From NCBI GenBank assembly GCA_903825245.1, contig CAIJZX010000012.1, positions 76,059 through 140,058 of the forward strand: a stretch of 64,000 bases of DNA, read 5' to 3'. Below the pieces are notes generated by a model that searched no databases, was not told the DNA's origin, and worked only from the letters and a program-made list of their open reading frames with translations. Source of the stretch: Candidatus Kerfeldbacteria bacterium (GTDB lineage: Bacteria > Patescibacteriota > Patescibacteriia > SBBC01 > CAIJZX01). Positions within the stretch are counted from its first letter, which is position 1. The number at the start of each line of letters is the position of its first letter. Position numbers and translations under genes: made by a program. Below, piece after piece: positions 59,598-64,000 of the stretch.

Positions 59598-59630
59598 ACA
59601 TGCAGTATATCACTTATTACCTTACATTTC

Positions 59631-59653
59631 TTAATGGGACTGAGTCCCAATAA
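59631..59653. promoter_or_regulatory. 23-bp near-perfect palindrome upstream of the ligT-like operon
   Basis: TTAATGGGACTGAGTCCCAATAA lies about 35 nt upstream of the ligT-like start on the minus strand. Confidence 0.35.
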
Positions 59654-59696
59654 GGAAATAACAACAACACCGCGGGTTTCCTCCCACCACCCAAAA

Positions 59697-59717
59697 GCCC
59701 TCCTCAGGCAGGAGGGC
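59697..59717 (-). terminator. rho-independent terminator downstream of fusA
   Basis: GCCCTCCT-caggc-AGGAGGGC is followed on the minus strand by TTTTGGGTGG. Confidence 0.5.
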
Positions 59718-59743
59718 TAGTCGCGTTGTGAAGAATGGTATTG

Positions 59744-61822
59744 TTAGGCCTTCGCTTTATCCCCCACAATCGCTTCCGCCACGTTGCGCGGAACTTCTTG
59801 GTAGTGCGAGAATTCCATTGAGTATGATGCGCGGCCTTGGGTCATGGAACGAATTGCTGTTGCATACCCGAACATTTCGCCGAGCGGCACGTGAGCATCA
59901 ATAACTTTCGCCTGGCCGCGGTTGGACATTTCGTTAATGACCGCGCGCTTCGCGTTCAAGTCGCCGATAACGTCGCCCATATTCGCTTCCGGCGTAATGA
60001 CTTCTACTTTCATGATTGGTTCAAGCAATACCGGTTTGGCTTTGCGGCAGGCCTCTTTGAAGCCCATCGAACCGGCGATTTTGAAAGCCGCTTCAGACGA
60101 GTCAACGTCGTGCGATGAACCATCGAAGACTGTCGCCTTTACGTCGACCATCGGATAACCGGCGACCACGCCGTTGTCCATAGATTCTTTAACGCCTTTT
60201 TGAATTGGTTGGATGAATTCTTTCGGAATTGAGCCACCTTTTACTTCGTCGATAAATTCGAAACCTTTGCCTTTTTCATTCGGTTCAACGCGGATCCAAC
60301 AATGGCCATACTGACCGCGTCCGCCGGACTGCTTGATGTATTTACCTTCACCTTCTGCCATTTGGGTAATTGTTTCACGATAGGCAACGCGTGGCCGGCC
60401 AACATTGGCTTCAACTTTAAATTCACGCTTCATACGATCAACAATGATGTCGAGGTGGAGTTCACCCATACCGGAAATAATCGTCTGGCCGGTTTCTTCA
60501 TCACCGTGCACGCGGAAGGTCGGATCTTCTTCCGCCAATCGCGAGAGGGCCATGCCCATCTTTTCTTGGTCTTGTTTCGTCTTCGGTTCGATCGCGATGT
60601 CGATCACCGGTTCCGGGAAGACAATGTTTTCGAGTTTCAACGGATGATCCGGATCGCACAGCGTATCACCGGTAACCGTTCCCTTCAAACCGATAGCGGC
60701 GGCAATTTCACCGGAGAAAACTTCGTCCACATCTTCACGTGAGTTGGCATGGAGTCGAACGATACGGCCAATGCGTTCTTTATTGCCAGTGGTCGTGTTC
60801 AAGACATACGAACCTGCGGCTAAATGGCCGGAGTAGACGCGGAAGAACGCCAACTTACCAACGAACGGATCAGTAGCGATTTTAAACGCGAGGGCAGTGA
60901 AAGGCGCGTCATCGCTGGCCGGACATTCAATTTCGGCGTCCGTTTTCGGATCAGTACCGACGAGTGCTTTCACGTCAAGCGGCGACGGCAGGTAATCATT
61001 GACGGCATCGAGAAGGAATTGCACGCCTTTGTTCTTCAAAGCTGAACCGCAAAGCACCGGCACTAAGGTGTTGGAGATGACCGCTTTGCGCAAGGCGGCT
61101 TTCATTTCGGCAATTGAGGGTTCTTTACCGCCGAGATACATTTCTAAAAGTTTATCATCCGTTTCACAAACCGCTTCCACGAGACGGTGGCGATATTCTT
61201 CCACCTTGTCTTTCATGTCTGCAGGAACATCGGTCTGTTCAAACTCTTTACCCATTTCATCTTTGTAGATTTCGGCTTTGCGCTCGAAGAGATCGATAAT
61301 ACCAGTGAAGGTTTCGGCGGCGCCGATTGGCAGTTGTACCGGATAAGCGCTCGTCGTTAAGCGTTCATGAATCGACTTGATGTCAAAATAAAAGTCGGCG
61401 CCCATACGATCCATCTTGTTGATGAAACAAATACGCGGGACATGGTACTTTTCCGCTTGATGCCACACTGTTTCCGATTGCGGTTCTACGCCGGCTACAC
61501 CGTCGAAGACAACCACGCCGCCATCGAGCACGCGGAGAGAACGCTGCACTTCGACCGTAAAGTCAATGTGTCCCGGGGTATCAATAATATTGATACGATG
61601 GTCTTTCCAGAAACAGGTCGTGGCGGCGGCGGTAATCGTAATACCGCGTTCTTTTTCCTGTTCCATCCAGTCCATTTCGGCCGCACCCTCGTGCACTTCG
61701 CCGATTTTGTGCTTCTTGCCAGTATAGAAAAGAATGCGCTCCGAGACGGTGGTTTTTCCCGCGTCAATGTGAGCGATGATTCCGATGTTACGGGTTTGTT
61801 CGAGAGAGTATTCACGTGCCAT
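59744..61822 (-). CDS. fusA: elongation factor G
   Basis: The N-terminus is [16 protein letters not shown]. The protein is 692 aa. Confidence 0.95.
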   Translation of the reverse strand: MAREYSLEQTRNIGIIAHIDAGKTTVSERILFYTGKKHKIGEVHEGAAEMDWMEQEKERGITITAAATTCFWKDHRINIIDTPGHIDFTVEVQRSLRVLDGGVVVFDGVAGVEPQSETVWHQAEKYHVPRICFINKMDRMGADFYFDIKSIHERLTTSAYPVQLPIGAAETFTGIIDLFERKAEIYKDEMGKEFEQTDVPADMKDKVEEYRHRLVEAVCETDDKLLEMYLGGKEPSIAEMKAALRKAVISNTLVPVLCGSALKNKGVQFLLDAVNDYLPSPLDVKALVGTDPKTDAEIECPASDDAPFTALAFKIATDPFVGKLAFFRVYSGHLAAGSYVLNTTTGNKERIGRIVRLHANSREDVDEVFSGEIAAAIGLKGTVTGDTLCDPDHPLKLENIVFPEPVIDIAIEPKTKQDQEKMGMALSRLAEEDPTFRVHGDEETGQTIISGMGELHLDIIVDRMKREFKVEANVGRPRVAYRETITQMAEGEGKYIKQSGGRGQYGHCWIRVEPNEKGKGFEFIDEVKGGSIPKEFIQPIQKGVKESMDNGVVAGYPMVDVKATVFDGSSHDVDSSEAAFKIAGSMGFKEACRKAKPVLLEPIMKVEVITPEANMGDVIGDLNAKRAVINEMSNRGQAKVIDAHVPLGEMFGYATAIRSMTQGRASYSMEFSHYQEVPRNVAEAIVGDKAKA

Positions 61823-61833
61823 ACAATATGTCC

Positions 61834-62649
61834 TTACTGTTTAACGAAATCAATCAATTGTTGAAGAGAAAAGTTTGTCGATTTTTGTCCGGTCGTCGGA
61901 TCGACGTTAGCGGTCAGAATTTTCTTGCTTTGATGTAAATACCATGTCCCCGGTTCGAGCGCATTCAGTTTTGCGTAGAGCTCCGTTAAATCGACATCGC
62001 TAGCGGCCGGAGCGCGGAAATCACCGAACGGCTTCGTCGGGTCGGTTTGGACGCGAAGGAGAAAATTGTGGTGGTAGGCGATCGCATCGGAACCTCGGAA
62101 ACTGCTATGGACACCGACCGCTTTACCCCATTTCGTATCGAATTCAATCCGCTGATCCCAATCTTTCAAAAATTTTGCGCGTTCATTGAGCTGAGCAACT
62201 ACGGCAGCCACGATATCAATACCCTTCTTCATCAAAATCTGGTCATCTTGTTCTATCATCCAAATCCCGCGCAGAATTGCCGGAATGGAAAAACTCGTGT
62301 AATTCGGATCGGTAATTTCCCATTGCCCAGTATCTTCTTTATGGGCGTAATCAACGAGCCATTCAATCGCCTTATCTTCATACTGGTCGTTCGGAATCAA
62401 CCCGCGATGCATCAAGTCTTGATAGACGAGCTGATTGCACGAGTGGCCGACTTTGAGTCCGTGTTCATCAAATTTTCCACGACCGACACCGATCGCTAAA
62501 TAGTTATCCCCGGTCGGAACATTGTGGCCATCAGTCGTATAGCCAACAAATTCAAATGTCGCGTCTTTCAGCGAGGGATCGAACGTGGTGAGTAGCCAGG
62601 CAGCTACAACTTCGTCGAGGTGTGGCTTTTTGTGGGTGACAATAATCAT
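61834..62649 (-). CDS. hypothetical protein, possibly a MYG1/UPF0160-like metal-dependent hydrolase (tentative)
   Basis: The N-terminal [19 protein letters not shown] resembles the MYG1 THxxxxHxDExxAxxLL pattern. A FDEHG motif follows. The 4-nt overlap with the upstream gene supports the start at 62649. Confidence 0.35.
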   Translation of the reverse strand: MIIVTHKKPHLDEVVAAWLLTTFDPSLKDATFEFVGYTTDGHNVPTGDNYLAIGVGRGKFDEHGLKVGHSCNQLVYQDLMHRGLIPNDQYEDKAIEWLVDYAHKEDTGQWEITDPNYTSFSIPAILRGIWMIEQDDQILMKKGIDIVAAVVAQLNERAKFLKDWDQRIEFDTKWGKAVGVHSSFRGSDAIAYHHNFLLRVQTDPTKPFGDFRAPAASDVDLTELYAKLNALEPGTWYLHQSKKILTANVDPTTGQKSTNFSLQQLIDFVKQ

Positions 62650-63350
62650 GATTGTTCTTTGTGCTGTTCGCGCCAATCAGAAGTGGCTTTCAACATGCTT
62701 GTATGTTCATCGTTAAGTTTATCTTGGGCTTTCTTTAAACATCGTGCTACAGCTTGTAATGTATATGAATCAAAATTGCGGAGCTTCACATCATCCTTTA
62801 ATACCGCAGAAACCTGTTCCATAGGAATTTTTCCTAACAATGTGCCAACATCTTGATAGGTCGTTTCAAAGATGTTTTTTGATTTGGTAACGATCTTTCG
62901 CATCGAATCCGGAACCGTGGTAACAGCAATATCCGCCATCATGGCAAGAATGTCTTGATAAAAGCCCGGAACGGATTCTGCATATTGCGGAATTTCGCGG
63001 CGTGCCTGTTCCTGGTCGTTCAACTCATGTGATTCAACATGATCGTTGATATGCCGCAGAGCCGTATCACTGGTTACCACTTGGGTGGCGACATACGGGT
63101 GCTCGGCTTGGAGACGTTTTTGAATATCGGCAATCGTATCCGGATCCGGATGTTCTTTCTTTTGCTCAACGGATAATTCGTCAATTAACACATCAACAAC
63201 ACTTAGCGGATCGCCTTCGATCTGCTCGGCGTGCTTCGCCATAATTTTTCCGGCAGCTTGAACTGCGGACTCATGATCGATGTCCGTGCGAAAATGGTTC
63301 TCACGCTCTGCGGAGAACTCGTCGAATCGGCCGGTGTCAGGATCGGACAT
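62646..63350 (-). CDS. acidic hypothetical protein embedded in the str operon
   Basis: The 234 aa protein is translationally coupled to both neighbours. No domain was recognised. Confidence 0.4.
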   Translation of the reverse strand: MSDPDTGRFDEFSAERENHFRTDIDHESAVQAAGKIMAKHAEQIEGDPLSVVDVLIDELSVEQKKEHPDPDTIADIQKRLQAEHPYVATQVVTSDTALRHINDHVESHELNDQEQARREIPQYAESVPGFYQDILAMMADIAVTTVPDSMRKIVTKSKNIFETTYQDVGTLLGKIPMEQVSAVLKDDVKLRNFDSYTLQAVARCLKKAQDKLNDEHTSMLKATSDWREQHKEQS

Positions 63351-63353
63351 AGT

Positions 63354-63842
63354 CTATGCTCCTTCCTCTCGCAAATGTACGGCCAGTCGCTCCTTGAGCG
63401 CAAGTACCTGACTATGCAATTGTAATAATCTAAATATGGTCACTTGAGGGTCAATCTTGCTAGCCGTTTCAGGATTCATTATTTCTCTAAAACGCTTGAT
63501 ATCTTCTTGTAAATCTTCACCGTATGCCAGCCACATATCTTCAAGTGTACTGCCGGGTTTTGGCCAATGATCTTTCATGAATCTAAATATCTCCTCATAA
63601 TTTTTCGGAATCGCTTTAATTGCTTCATTCCATTCAGGGAGTTCCTTTTCAAGTCGATGTAACTTCATTTGGTTCCGATCAGCACCAAGTACTTGTTGCT
63701 CGTTTAATGCACTTTCAAGCTCTCGAATAACATTTCCCGGTAAAAAAACATTACGATCAGCCTGTTCAGACTTCGGTGTAATTCCTTCAGCTGTCCGATA
63801 CTCTTCCGGCGATAATCGACCGCCCGGTTCCTGTTCGCCCAT
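63354..63842 (-). CDS. hypothetical protein embedded in the str operon
   Basis: The 162 aa gene starts 5 nt after the rpsG stop. Confidence 0.4.
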   Translation of the reverse strand: MGEQEPGGRLSPEEYRTAEGITPKSEQADRNVFLPGNVIRELESALNEQQVLGADRNQMKLHRLEKELPEWNEAIKAIPKNYEEIFRFMKDHWPKPGSTLEDMWLAYGEDLQEDIKRFREIMNPETASKIDPQVTIFRLLQLHSQVLALKERLAVHLREEGA

Positions 63843-63847
63843 ACGCG

Positions 63848-64000
63848 TTACGCGAAGTGAGCAAACGCGCGGTTCGCTTCAGCCATACGGTGGACGTCAA
63901 GCTTCTTCTTCATAGCATCACCTTGTCCGGTTGAAGCCAGAACCAACTCTTCGGCCAACTTGATGGCCATCGGACGACCTTTCTTCGATCGAGCAGCATT
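63848..64000 (-). CDS. rpsG: 30S ribosomal protein S7 (C-terminal part; 5' end beyond the window)
   Basis: The minus-strand frame reads ...[43 protein letters not shown], which matches the S7 C-terminus. Confidence 0.8.
   Translation of the reverse strand, partial: NAARSKKGRPMAIKLAEELVLASTGQGDAMKKKLDVHRMAEANRAFAHFA

Noticed and set aside
1-64000. CRISPR arrays, rRNA genes, IS transposases
   Set aside because: No regularly spaced short direct repeats with unique spacers, no rRNA-like conserved stretches and no DDE or HUH transposase-like ORFs were found on reading both strands.

Overview
The window is a 64 kb bacterial chromosomal segment with a visibly mosaic GC composition. GC-rich patches lie at about 6.5-7.7 kb, 12.5-14.0 kb, 29.8-30.7 kb, 31.8-32.2 kb, 34.3-35.1 kb and 54.6-57.7 kb. 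AT-rich patches lie at 17.85-19.9 kb and 22.4-28.7 kb.

The right half (38.5-64 kb) is a minus-strand translation supercluster. It runs rpsG(partial)-fusA-tuf-rpsJ-rplC-rplD-rplW-rplB-rpsS-rplV-rpsC-rplP-rpmC-rpsQ-rplN-rplX-rplE-rpsZ-rpsH-rplF-rplR-rpsE-rplO-secY-adk-map-ruvX, then a GT4 (MraY/WecA-like) transferase, a DUF192 protein and rplU. L30 is absent between S5 and L15, S14 is the Zn-ribbon type, and L23, L22 and S19 carry Lys/Ala-rich extensions.

The str operon is interrupted twice. Three tightly coupled unknown genes sit between rpsG and fusA; one may be a MYG1-like hydrolase. A roughly 5.4 kb block sits between fusA and tuf. It holds a LigT-like 2H phosphoesterase, two tandem histidine-phosphatase paralogs, membrane proteins, a Zn-ribbon/TPR protein and a convergent operon of five very small proteins, four of them membrane proteins. 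fusA has its own terminator and tuf its own sigma70-like promoter.

The left half holds housekeeping and accessory genes. These include an INS-less proS, NRAMP mntH, HIT, MazG, HxlR with a LUD-domain protein, isochorismatase, PadR-DUF1048, DUF4232, dnaB, a dnaQ-like exonuclease and ybaB-recR. There are two pairs of tandem paralogous secreted proteins. There is also a GC-rich beta-propeller protein with a T9SS-type C-terminal sorting domain.

The clearest mobile element is a roughly 9.3 kb island (about 20.64-29.92 kb) integrated at the 3' end of tRNA-Lys(UUU), bounded by a 20-bp direct repeat of the tRNA 3' end. It carries a large serine recombinase whose 3' end overlaps the tRNA. Its cargo includes a TM-anchored receiver-domain protein, a secreted N/T/S-rich protein, a 1068-aa polytopic membrane protein of unknown function and a terminase-small-subunit-like protein. 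Its right end shows degenerate tandem att-like repeats. A second, smaller insertion (about 830 bp flanked by 107-bp direct repeats) duplicates the 3' end of the DUF1048 gene.

No CRISPR array, rRNA or transposase was seen.
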